Shown here: piece after piece, positions 24,001 through 35,700 of the stretch
Layout: each line of letters begins with the position of its first letter
Position numbering within the stretch: position 1 is the first letter of the stretch
Program-made: the position numbers and the translations under genes
The notes under the pieces: model-generated
What the model was told of the DNA's origin: nothing
The model's input: the letters and a program-made list of their open reading frames with translations, nothing else
Database searches by the model: none
Source of the DNA: Zootoca vivipara
Lineage: Eukaryota
DNA: 64,000 nt
Reading direction: 5' to 3'
Assembly: GCF_963506605.1 (NCBI RefSeq)
Contig: NC_083288.1
Coordinates: forward strand, 43,958,001 to 44,022,000

Positions 24001-25676
24001 CTTTTTTTGGTGTTAGATTAAGTCCCCCAAAATAATTTATTCTTATATATTTGGATAGGTGCCACCCCTCTCAGTATGTAATGACAACTGCCATCCTGGT
24101 TACGGGAAGAAGAAAAAGGAGACAAGTAAATTTTGTTGCTATGGTTGTGATCCATGTCCCAGCGGGATGTTCTCAAGTGAAAAGGGTGAGAAATGTCATG
24201 TTAAGATAGACCAAACTGCACAATTTATCTAGCCATCGCTTAAGTCCTTAAATTTTTGTTGTCATTAAAAGTATGGAGGTGAAAGGGCTAAAATTTCGAT
24301 CTCTGTATTGTACTCGTTGTTTGCAATATAATCTTTAAAACATCCTGAAGAAAATATTTTTAGAATGGAAGGTAATACGTTTTACATGGATATTCTACTA
24401 AATTACAATGGAATAGAAGTGGGGGTCACTTCTCTAAGAAGAAGGCAATTTGGGGAGAGAGTGGTTGTCTCATTCAGTGGACCTCTCTTGGCTCACAAGA
24501 TTTCAGCTGTAATATTGCTCTCTTTTCACTACAGAGCACCTTGTGATTTTAAGAAAGAGGAGGAGGACCACTAACACATAGAGATGTCCTCTATGTAGAA
24601 ATTCCAGATTTGATATGTGAGATTATTTTTGAAATGTCTCAGAGAAAAATCTTTGAGCTAGAAGTTTTGAAAGCTGTCCTGGTAAAGAACATTAGCTAGG
24701 TGAACTCCTGACGACAAAAATTCTTAAGAATTTTCTTCATAGTTTCAAATTATCCTAACCCTTTGTCTTTTCAGACATGGAGACATGTGTCAGTTGCCCA
24801 CCAAATAAGTATCCAAACAAGGACCAGGATAATTGCATTCCTAAAATACCAAACTTTCTTGGCTTTGATGAAACTTTGGGCATCATTTCAACTTTCACTG
24901 CACTATTGTTCTCTCTGATCACAGCTCTAGTGTTGGGCATCTTCATAAAACACCAGGACACTGCCATCGTCAAAGCCAACAATAGAAGCCTCACTTACAT
25001 TCTCCTTGTGTCCCTCCTCTTGTGTTTCCTCTGCTCCTTGATGTTCATTGGAACACCTAAGCAGGCAACCTGCCTTCTCCGACAAACAGGTTTTGGCATT
25101 GTCTTCTCTGTGGCCCTCTCTAGCATCTTGGCCAAAACCATATCAGTGGTTATGGCATTCATGGCTACCAAGCCAGGATCCACAATCAGGAAGTGGGTTG
25201 GCAAAAAACTGGGTTATTCCATTGTCCTCTCCTGCTCTAAAATTCAAGTGGGGCTTTGTGGTCTTTGGCTGACAACTTTTCCCCCTTTCCCAGATTTGGA
25301 CATGCAATCAATGAGTGAAGAAATTATATTGTTATGTAATGAAGGGTCAGTCCTCATGTTCTATTGTGTTTTGGGCTACATGGGCTTCCTGGCCATTGTC
25401 AGCTTCACTGTGGCCTTCCTAGCCCGGAAGTTACCTGACAGCTTCAATGAAGCCAAGTTCATCACCTTCAGCATGCTGGTCTTCTGCAGTGTTTGGATCT
25501 CCTTTATTCCCACATACTTAAGCACCAGAGGGAAATACATGGTGGCTGTGGAGATCTTCTCCATCTTGGCTTCCAGTGCTGGATTACTGGCTTGCATCTT
25601 TTTCCCCAAATGCTACATTATTGTAGTGAGGCCTGACTTGAACACCAGAGAGCATTTAATACAAAGAAAGATATAA
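12044..25676 (+). CDS. Vomeronasal type-2 receptor (V2R-B), complete 6-exon gene, about 878 aa
   Basis: Exons 12044-12264, 16108-16399, 16900-17766, 20427-20654, 24059-24185, 24775-25676 sum to 2637 nt in frame. Hydrophobic signal peptide ([14 protein letters not shown]); VFT, Cys-rich and 7TM domains. Confidence 0.92.
12480..13330 (+). mobile_element. Degenerate CR1 LINE fragments
   Basis: CR1-like RT 3' region (...TATGAGAAAAGGTTACAGCATTTGGGACTTC...AAGAGGTGACATTATA...), heavily mutated. Confidence 0.55.
14187..14706 (+). mobile_element. 5'-truncated BovB LINE (3' end)
   Basis: ORF 14237-14695 is the BovB C-terminus (EKTLMLG..RRRG..RWLD), followed by an (AAC)n tail; TSD AGATAAAACTGTGA at 14173 and 14707. 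Confidence 0.92.
18281..18722. mobile_element. hAT-like element with long internal palindrome, interrupted by assembly gap
   Basis: Starts CAGGGCTGGCGCG; inverted repeat 18366-18718; interior resembles 10557-11240; right end not identified. Confidence 0.6.
18723..18878. other. Assembly gap (156 N)
   Basis: Run of n. Confidence 1.
19544..19944 (-). mobile_element. 5'-truncated BovB LINE (3' end)
   Basis: (GTT)n tail, BovB C-terminal ORF, TSD TTATGCAAGGACAT (19530, 19945); empty site in V2R-A near 5303. Confidence 0.92.
19973..20161. mobile_element. Tigger/pogo-like (Tc1-mariner) MITE
   Basis: TIR CAGTGGTACCTC; TA TSD; empty site CACAATACTGATT in V2R-A near 5325. Confidence 0.85.
20788..21745 (+). 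mobile_element. Internally deleted endogenous retrovirus: 5' LTR (20788-21442), PBS, leader, and last 72 bp of 3' LTR (21674-21745)
   Basis: TG...CA ends, 4-bp TSD GGCT (20784, 21746), TATA near 21264, ATTAAA near 21342, duplicated LTR end; empty site GTAGGCTTT in V2R-A near 5962. Confidence 0.88.
21447..21464 (+). promoter_or_regulatory. Retroviral primer-binding site for tRNA-Gly
   Basis: TGGTGCATTGGCCGGGAA is the exact complement of the 3' 18 nt of vertebrate tRNA-Gly(GCC/CCC) including CCA, 4 nt after the LTR end. Confidence 0.9.
21922..22571 (-). mobile_element. Non-autonomous Helitron
   Basis: Minus-strand 3' end CCACAGCAATGCATGG (hairpin)...CTAG|T; 5' end CTATATATATATATAAATGT; no TSD. 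Confidence 0.75.
22800..22963 (+). mobile_element. CR1 LINE 3' end
   Basis: ...GGGGTTGGACTGGATGGCCCTTGTGGTCTCTTCCAACTCTATGATTCTATGAT tail. Confidence 0.85.
23148..23372. mobile_element. Tigger/pogo-like MITE
   Basis: TIR CAGTGGTACCTCTACTTA/TAAGTAGAGGTACCACTG; TA TSD. Confidence 0.88.
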
Positions 25677-26008
25677 ATTATATAAGAATGTGTGCTTCCA
25701 TGATTGTTCTTAGTTTTCAACACTGAAACATGGGGGCGGGGGGGGGCGTTGCTGGAAGTCACAATGAACATCTCACTCGTTCTCTTAGAATGGCAATGGC
25801 ACCCACCTGAGAGATGTCGGAAATGAGTGAAATGAATTCTGGCTGGGGGAAAAGCCCTGATTAGGACTATGTGACCAAATACAACTATTTCAGCAAAATG
25901 TGAATAAATGAGAACAATGTGACCAAATGAAACTATTTCATCTATTTTGTGTTCTGTTTCTGGGCTGCAAACTTGTTGCATGTTAATTTGTTGCATGTTA
26001 TGTTATTC

Positions 26009-26202
26009 AAATAGTACTGCAATGTAACGAAGGGTTGGTCCTGATGTTCTATTGCGTCTTGGGCTATATGGCCTTTCTTGCCACAGTCAGCTTCATTGTG
26101 GCCTTCCTAGCCAGGAAGTTGCCTGACAGTTTCAATGAAGCCAAGTTCATCACCTTCAGTATGCTGGTCTTCTGAGAACATCTAATACAAAGAAAGATAT
26201 AA
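26009..26202 (+). pseudogene. V2R exon-6 remnant (V2R-C-like) with internal deletion
   Basis: Near-identical to 39774-39939 ([18 protein letters not shown]...FITFSMLVF), then jumps 162 nt to the exon end, creating TGA. Confidence 0.88.
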
Positions 26203-26804
26203 ATAATATTGGAATCTGTGATTTCCAAGTTGGTATTCTACAGTGAAACATCAAAAAATGTTAATGAATGAAGACAATGAGACAAATGGAAACTATTTCA
26301 GCAATTTTGTGCTTTGTTTCTAAGCTGCAAAATGGTTGCCTGTTCTTTTGAGAGGCCTTTCTGATCAACTGAGGCAAACATTCAGCTAAAGTTCAGCTTA
26401 AGAAACTGAAACTCCAAAAGAGAAAGAGAAACCTCAACATTACTCTATAGCTATTCTGATTAGACAGCTGATATGAATTAGAAGTAGAGATAATACGAGC
26501 ATTATAGTATATTTTTGGACTAAGTGATATATGAATCTAAAAAGCTAAATTTTAAAAGCTACATTATTTTGGAAAGCTCTGAATTCAACAATAGAGAGCA
26601 TCTGATAGAGAGAAATATGTAAATGACGGACATGTTTGTAGTTTCACTTATGTTGTTGGTATCAATGTAGGAACATGAGCTCTTAAAAGTGTAAATTGAA
26701 ATCCCCATGTGTGTCTACAAACTACCTAACCCCTAAAACACATGCCCTTGTGAGATCTTTTGCAGGAGTCAACTGGACTCAGCTCTGAGAATAGGCCCAA
26801 ATTA

Positions 26805-28563
26805 CATGGGCGTAGGCGGGGGGCAGGGGGGCAGCTGCCCCCCCTTAGAAGCAAAAAAAGTAATGTATTTTACAGACCATAACCAGCACTTTCCCCCTCC
26901 AAAAACTGAAGTGGAAAGGGCTTTGCTTTAGCGAGAGCAGCTCGGTCTCCGCTTGCTGGGGGGGGGCGGGAACAGAGCTGTAACAAAAATACATCAAATA
27001 AATAAAGCAAAGTGGCTACCAGTAGTTAAGCAGTTGAGACAATGGAGCAGATTGTCTTCAGGCAAGATTTGATAGCTCACCACTTCACCCTGTTGTTCTT
27101 CAGTGGGAGTTGTTAATGAGCATTCAGGGATCGCATTAAGATTTCTATTGGCGATTTAATGAGGGTGCAGAGGATTCAATTTGACTAAGGTGGCTCTGAA
27201 AGGCTAAAAGGAAGTGAATAAGAAAGGGGAGGCTGCAGCTTTGATAGACACAGTGGTGTTTATAAAAAGCAGTGGTGTTCCAGTCTGCCCCTCCTCCTGC
27301 ATCTGTATACCAAGCAGAGAGAAAGGTGCTTACAAGGCTCCTGTACAGGCGTACCGGTATCTTCCTCTTGCTGCAGAGTTCCAGCATCACAGCGTCACCC
27401 AGAGGTACCCACAAATTTGAGTTATCCCTCTCTCTATTTCTTCCTTCCTTCCCTCCCTCTTCCATCCTTAATAAAATACTGGGGGGGGGGTCAGATAAGC
27501 CCCACATAGAAAGCCCATCAACATGGGGGGGATGACTCTTTCAAATACGGTATTTACCAGTAATTGGGGGGGCACCTAGGCGTTGGCTGCTATGCCTAAG
27601 ACAATTCAAGAAAGCAGAATGATGCATATGCTATGGTAATATATCAATAGAATCATGAACTTGTAGTCGGATGGGACCACAAGGGTCATCTAGTCCAACC
27701 CCCTGCAATGCAGGATTTTTTCCCCAAGGTGGGGCTTGAAACCACGGCATGGTTGAAATATTATGCTGATATGCAGCAACGCCTCGGAGCCGTCGTGACT
27801 GCGGCCGTGCCTTGCCTCACCCTTGCCCGCCCTGCCACCCCCTCTCGCCTGCCCAACCCTCCCATCCTCTTGCTTCAGAGTTCCAGCATCACAGCGTCAC
27901 CCAGAGGCACCCACAAATATGAGTTATCCCTCTCTATTTCTTCCTTCCTTCCCTCCCTCTTCCATCCTTAATAAAATACTGGGGGGGGCAGATAAGCCCC
28001 ACATAGAAAGCCCATCAAAATGGGGGGATGACTCTTTCAAATACGGTATTTACCAGTAATTGGGGGGGGGAGGCACCTAGGCCTCTAGGAGTTGGCTGCT
28101 ATGCCTAGGAGTAGGACAATTCAAGAAAGCAGAATGATGCATATGCTATGGTAATATATCAATGGAATCATAGAATTGTAGTCGGAAGGGACCACAAGGT
28201 GGGGCTTGAACTCACGGCATGGTTGAAATATTATGCTGATATGCAGCAATGCCTCGGAGCCGTCGTGACTGCGACCGTGCCTTGCCTCACCCTCGCCCAC
28301 CCTGCCACCCCCTCTCGCCTGCCCGACCCTCCCATCCTCTCCAGCCAAGCAGGGTAGCCGCCGCTGCCAGCCCCAGAAGCATAAGGTGGCCGCCGCCACC
28401 ACCACCACCACCATGATGCCGTCGGGCCCGCTGACCCTGTAGCCCCACCCACGTCCCCACTTCATGGCCCCTCCCCTCCCATGCCTTGGCCCCGCCCCTG
28501 AACGACTATGGCTTGCCCCCCACACACACACACACACAAGTTTTGATCCTGGGTACGCCCCTG
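26805..28563. mobile_element. Non-autonomous hAT element with internal ~500-bp tandem duplication
   Basis: TIR CATGGGCGTA/TACGCCCCTG; 8-bp TSD CCAAATTA (26797, 28564); empty site near 8818; units about 27370-27870 and 27875-28340. Confidence 0.87.
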
Positions 28564-29745
28564 CCAAATTATCTTATGCCCAAAAATGAGCTATCACAAA
28601 CTGGACTGTTCCCCACAGAGTTGGTTTATTACAAAAGAATAAATGATCGTTTAATAGTAGATTGATTAGTATGGTGCAGAATATATAGAACTATGGGTGC
28701 ATTTAAAGTAATATCCTCACCCATTCAAACTCATAGTAATAGGTTCCTACACTACAAGAGGGAAATAAAGGGATAGGGGATAACAGGCTAGCCCTCCCAT
28801 GAGACAAGGTGAGGCAACCACCTCTGGCAGCAAGATCCACAGGGGCAGCAGATCCCGATTTAGATCTTTCCCCCCCACCTGTTCCTGGTGGAGATCTTCA
28901 CTCATTCCTTCTTCCCTGGAGAGGGTGGGGATGCCGTTTTGTGGCTTACCTCAGGCACCAAAGTGTCTTGGGCCAGCTCTGCTCCCAAGAAGATAGTGAT
29001 CAATGCAGAGTTTACCTATCCAACCGCTGACTAGGCCAACTGCTGCAGCCGTGTGGGCATAAGGATGTGTTGGACCCAGGACCCAGAAATAAGAATAGTG
29101 ACCAGCAAGGCTAAAATCTGAACTCCTGTATAGGTTTTTGGGCACCAGAAGTGGGCATGTATGTGATGCAATGAGGAGGGTTGTTGATGCATAGGTAGGC
29201 TTGCCCTATGACATGCTATTGTTTTACTCATCCCAAATTTATGTATCTATATTTGACTGAGGATGCTTCTCTCTGGAGATATGGGTCTCAAGATGTAAAA
29301 TCTGCATTCAGGGATGTTTCCATTGCAAATGTATTTCCTTTGCAACTCAGCATCATCAGTGGTTTAATAATTAAGGTTCCTGTCACACAGCAATTTGCTA
29401 GGGAGGGTCAGAAAGACATGGGCAGAGGGGGTGATTACTCAGAGTACACTGCAGGTTAGACCAACTTCTTATCCAGTTGCAAACACAAAATGTAGGCTAA
29501 TCATGAACCCTCATAACAGAGGTGTTAATGAATAGGAGCCATGTGAAGGAATGAACCTATGGTTGTTACATTGGTTAAAGGATGTAGCCCAGCAGTAGAA
29601 AGCTAGACACATAGAGAAAAGTGTTATTCTTTTTCATGATACTCTGTTGCATTGTTTTGTGTTTCATTGTTCTAACCTAAGATGTCATTTTTTTTTCAAA
29701 TAAAAAATATTGAACATCTAGTGTAAGCTGGGGGTCTGTTCGTAT

Positions 29746-30281
29746 TGTTATGAGTTTGGAATGCTAAATTGGGGTCCAGGCCCCTCTAATCCCAGGATCC
29801 AGTTAGTGTTAAAAGTTAATCAAGCCAGACTAGCTTCCTGAACCCCGGGATCCAGCAAGTGTTCAAATATAAACCAGGCTCCCTTACTGATGAGGTGATC
29901 ACCTGGATGATGAGTCATTAAGCAGCTCAGTGTGAAAAGGCAAATGGGTGGGGCTCCATCCCTCAGCAGATAAAGCCAGAGTTTAGAGTAGAGAGTTTGG
30001 GAGGCAGTGATGTGAAATGGAGGGGAAAGCTGGAGACAGGGAGAGAAAGAATGAGAGGGGGAGGCAATGTTTCATTTGTATCTAATCCAAAGCTGTGGCT
30101 ATGGGCTAAACAAGACCCTTTTGGCGTGATAATGCTCCATTGCAGGGTCAGGTTGTATATGTGTGCTAATAAACCATATATCATAAAGACACCACAATCT
30201 CAACCATGCTTCATTCCCAAAAGGAAACACAAACCCTGGGTAAGTGCCTGGAACCCCTGGAATCTCCCACCACTCACAACA
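29746..30281. mobile_element. Possible solo LTR
   Basis: Ends TGTTATGAG/CTCACAACA are inverted repeats and there is an internal AATAAA, but no TSD is seen. Confidence 0.35.
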
Positions 30282-30982
30282 AAATTCTGATGGTCATGTG
30301 TTACAGATTTTGTAACTTTGGAGACCCTCTATCAGCAGAGGGTTGGACTAGATGTCCTTGGCGGTCCCCTCTGTAATCTCTGCTCTAACAAATAAGTTTC
30401 TTTGGCAGAGCGCCAAATGATGGCACATTACATCATCCCAAAGCATTTCAGTAGTGATTCTTTCCCCTGTAATTATTAAGATTACAGTAATCAATTCAGC
30501 CGGCCAAAGCTCCGGAAGACGGTAGGGAGACAGGGAAAAATCAACAAGCAAGGCTAAAATGATTATAAACACTTCAGTAATCCATGGCCAGATCAGATAA
30601 AGAACAATAAAGTGATCAGACTCTGTTAAGCTGTTCAGGTTCCTTCTTTCATTGTAGTGGGGGTAGCGGTATTTATTCTTATTCTTATTATTATGTTATG
30701 CATTTTGTATTTTTATGTTGTAAACTGCCCTGTGTTCTTTAGAAGAAAGGCACTATAGAAATTTAATCAATAATCATCCTGACATAGCTAAAGCTTCAGA
30801 TCAGTGTACTTATTTGATATTCAAGGCATGCTTTTGTGACAATGTTGAAATGAAGGAAGTGGATATATGCCACTTGAGAAATCCACTGGCAGATTCTGCT
30901 GCCACCAAGCCGTCTTGTTCAAATCAGGCTGAAAATAGCCACAGTGTTGGAAAGAGAGACAGGCAGAGAGAGGGGAAAGCCC

Positions 30983-32715
30983 ATGCGTAGAATAAAGTTT
31001 GAAATCAGGATGTTGGTGGTGCTAGTGCTGCTGTTCCTGCTCCCAAACGTGGGGTGCAAAGAGCATAGTGTGAAGTGCACCCAAAGCAATCCTGCACATA
31101 TTCATCATGAGTGGTATGAGTCAGGCGATCTCCTCCTTGGTGGGATGTCATCTCATATCCATTATGTGTTCCCCAAGGTTTTATTCAATGAACACCCTTC
31201 TCGGGTCATGATTGACAACCCCTTGTAAGTACACGGTCCATTTAAATTTCATTTATCTTTATATTTCTCTATCGCGCTGAAAGGTGTGTCAGTTGCTTTG
31301 AAAAAGCAGTTATAGGATAGGACTTTTTGCAGCTTTCCTGGGTTCTGCACTGGGCAGAGAAGTGGGTTCCTGGACAAACCAGAGAATTCCCCTCTGCTCA
31401 CCCAAATCCCCCTTTAGACCACCGGAGTTGGAATCATAGAATTGCAGCTTTGGGAGGGTCCCGGAGTGCCATCTAGTCTACCCCCTGAAATGCAAGAATC
31501 ACAGCTATTTTACTACAAGTCTGCCTTTGAACAATCAGCCTCAAATATGCTTTGCATCACCTCAATTACAACGCAAATGAATGTGTGACTTAGTTGTGGG
31601 CGGTGTATAAATGGAGACAACAATGCTTTTTATGAAACTTGGTCTTATCTTCCCATCAAATAGCACGTCGTTTTATTTGCAGAGTGTTGACAAAATTCTA
31701 CCAGCACATCTTGGCCTTGGTGTTTGCTGTTGATGAGATCAATGGGAATCCCAGGATCCTGCCCAATGTCACTCTTGGGTTCCACATCTATGACAGCTAC
31801 ACAGATTCAAGGATGACCTATCGTTCCACTCTGGACCTGCTCTTTAAATCATATCACTTTGTCCCCAACTACAAATGTGGCATCCAGAAAAATGTAATAG
31901 GAGTCATCGGGGGACTTAGCTCTGATACCACTTCATGCATGGCAGACATATTGGGTCTGTACAAGATTCCACAGGTAGGACCTGAGTATCAGAGACAGAG
32001 AGACTTGGCACTATAATTCATTCTTCTTCCTTCTTTCCAGCAGGAATTTGTTGATTCATAAACATGGGACGATGCACTGGGGGGAAAGCAAAAGGAGCTG
32101 AAATATATGGGAAATGTTTGGGGGGGATATAATATGGGTACCCAACAATGTGTATGAAAAGGGTGAGGATCTCAAGAATATGTGTTGAAAGATTATTCTG
32201 AAGGTGACAAGATTGCTAATTAGGACTGCTAGGTGGGATCATATTAACATTAACTCTGAAAGCACAGCCCTGGATACCGAACTGCTGAGCTCAACTCATG
32301 ATGTTGATGCTAACTTACAAAGCCCCGAGCAGTTCAGGACCAATTAACTAAGGAGTGCCTTCCTCAGTACCCACTGATCCATGGTTTGAGATCAGTAGGG
32401 GAAGTCATGCTTAATGTCATACCAACAGTCATAGCCAATAGGTGATGACAAGGACCAGGGCTTTTCCAGTGTTGGTGTCCCCATTGTGAAAATCCCTCCC
32501 TGGGAAACTAGGAAGTTTCCCCACATTCTTCACGTTCAGGAGTCAATCAAAAATTTGTTTGTTGTAGTTCTGGCACTGGGGAGACAGATCTGGCACTGAA
32601 GGCAACCCTGTTTAGGAAAGTTTTTAATGACTGATGCTTTAATGTATTTTTAATCTTTTGTTGGAAGCTGCCCAGAGTGGCTGGGGAAACCCAGCCAGAT
32701 TGGGGGGTATAAATA

Positions 32716-32757
<42 letters not shown>

Positions 32758-35700
32758 CCAGCAGTCCTGCTATTGTACTGTTGTGCTGTGTTGCTTGGAT
32801 TAGTTTTGATGGTTTTAGATATTTTAACATTTGCTGTAAATGCTATGGTGTTTTTATATTTTACTGACATTTCATTGTGCGTTACCCTGGGCTCCCTATT
32901 GTGAAAAATAATAAATGAAAAACTACATGAATGTAATAGGAATCAATATATACAGAAACAGTTGAGCAAGACTATATTACGTGTGTCTGTTTCTGTTTGT
33001 GTATGTGTATGTGTGCAAGTGGAGGGGGCATTGCTCTCAAAAAATATTTGTGGAATATACCGGTATACAATTGCACTGTGAAAAAATATTCAGTTAAATG
33101 GCAATGTGATCCACACTCTTGTTCCCATTCTTACATGTTTGCCTTTTTTCAGATTTCATATGGTTCATTTGAATCACAAGCAAATAATCTAATTAAGTTC
33201 CCATCCTTTTACCGCATGGTCCCCAATGAAGCCCTTCAGTACCAGGGAATTATTCAACTACTTCTGCATTTCAGATGGAAATGGTTTGGGCTCATCACTA
33301 TAAATAATGAAGGTGGAGAACATTTCTTGCAGATCATAGAGCCAATGCTTTTCGAGAATGGGATCTGTTCAGCATTCACAGAAAGAGTTGTAAACAATCT
33401 GCGTTTCACTGGTAGCGTAATTGATTTGATGAAGGATACAAAAATATTATCATCAGCTTTTTCAACAAGCAAAGCCAAGGCAATTGTTATATATGGAAAA
33501 ACTGGTACGATTTTATGGTTGGCGAGTACTATAAAGGCATTGAAGATGGTTCAGTTGATATTTCCTCAACATAAGAAGTCCCCTGAAATAAAAGTATGGA
33601 TTACAACAGCCCAGATTGATTTTGCATTACACAGCATTCAGAAAACTCTTGAGACAGATATACAAATATTCCATGGCGCTATCTCTTTCACAATTCACTC
33701 GAAGGAGCTTCCAGACTTCCAAAGATTTATTCAAGATGTAAATCCTGGCTGGGCAGATGGAGATGGTTTCATAAATACTTTCTGGCAACGGGCATTCACT
33801 TGTTCAGTTTCAAACTCCACGGAGTCAATGTACGCTGATAAAGCGTGTACTGGAGACGAGATGCTAGAGAGCATCCCCTCTCCATATTTTGAGATGAGCA
33901 TGACCGGCCACAGCTACAGTATCTATAATGCTGTCTATGCTTTAGCACATGCTTTCCATGCTATGCAGTCAACTGGATCCAACCACAGAAGAAGGGGGGT
34001 TGCGGGTCTGCTGTATCCTCAAAATGTGAAACCTTGGCAGGTAGTGTTCTTCTCTTCTACAAACTGTTGAGACCTGGCCATGTTCTGGAATTTAGCAAGG
34101 CAATGGTTAATTTTGTAAAGCATTCTGTTATGCCAGCTGGCCTATTCAGTTGCTTGCTTTTCTTCTTCTTATAGTTTTCTTTTCTTACCATTTTGTGTCA
34201 CTTTACAGTATCTAGTGTGCCTGAAGAGAGGGATAAAGTGATGCTAATTTGAAGTAATAGATACTATTAAACACAGCTGCATTTTGTTGCCAGTGGATCT
34301 GTGGTTGATCATTATAGCTTACCTTTGCAATTGAAAGTTTGTAGAGAATGTATTTAAGGGGTAACCAGAGTTAATTTAGGCAGGACAGAGAGGGTGGGGT
34401 GGCAGAACCAAAAAACTGGAAGCCAAAGATAGGGAGGGCCGAATTTCAAAATGATGCTTGGAGTAACCTAATTATAATTGTATAATGTCATGAACTCACA
34501 ACCCAATGGCAGAGCATCTGCTTTGCATGCATAGGGTCCCTGGCTCCCTAATGGCAGCTCCAAGTGTCTCTCTCTCTCTCTGTTCTCCAGCACTCTTGTG
34601 GCAGCCCCTGCAGCACGGCACCCAGGGAGGCTGAAAACTGTCACACTACCCTAAAACTGCCTCTTTAGAAGCAGCTCCCTGTGCCTCAGTGTGGTGAGGA
34701 GAGAGATGGCGAGGGCAATATTGGAAGTTGTGAATTATAAATGAAAATAAAAAACTACATTGAAAAGTATGCATAAGAAGTATGCATTGGCATCAATGCA
34801 TGTAACTCCCTCAGTCTTAAAAAAAAACAGTGAAAAGCCCCAATGACCACCCTGAATAGATAAATTATGAATAATAATAAAACAATAAGCATAAGAATCT
34901 TAATTTTAAAATTACTCGCAATTTTTAATATATATAATATTTATTTGGTTTTTCAGATTAAAATTTTATAGTCACACTAGCTGACCCGGCCACGCATTGC
35001 TGTGGTTCTTTCCTGTGATCCCCACCCACCCTGTCCCGATCCATGACATATCCTGCCCCCCCTCCCTCCACCCCGCTCATCCCTGTGTTTCAGTAGGATA
35101 CCCTTCCCTTTGTTGTCCCTGGGGAGTGTTGCCCCCCCCCATGTATCTCCATACCTTGGCCCCCACCCTTCAAAAAGGAACTGTCAGCTTCTAGGTTCTA
35201 TTTACCAGCATGCACTTTTGTCTGAGCCTTGTGTTGTCCCCTCCCCCATGTATCTCCATACCTTGGCCCCCACCCATGGAGAAGGAACTGTTAGGTTCTG
35301 GGTTCTATTTCCCAGCATGCACTTTTGTCTGAGCCCTCTGTTGTCCCTGGGGAGTGTTGGCCCTTACCCCCGGTATCTTCCTACATTGGCCCCCACCCTT
35401 GGAGAAGGAACTGTCAGTTTCTGGGTTCCATTTCCCAGTATTTACTTTTGTCTGAGCCCTCTGTTGTCCCCTCCCCCCTGTATCTCCATACATTGGCCCC
35501 TGTGCACGCATCGTGAACATTTCTATATATTTAGATTAAGGATCGGGGGTGATGATGCGCCCTGGGACGCAGAGAACTACTTTAAAAATCCCGACGGGGG
35601 GGGGGGGTCAAATAGTGAAGCCCCACAGCCCCGTAGCAACAGACAGGCTCAGACAGAAGGAGGGGGGTCATATGGGCCACTTGGGGCAGGCCTCCGAATT

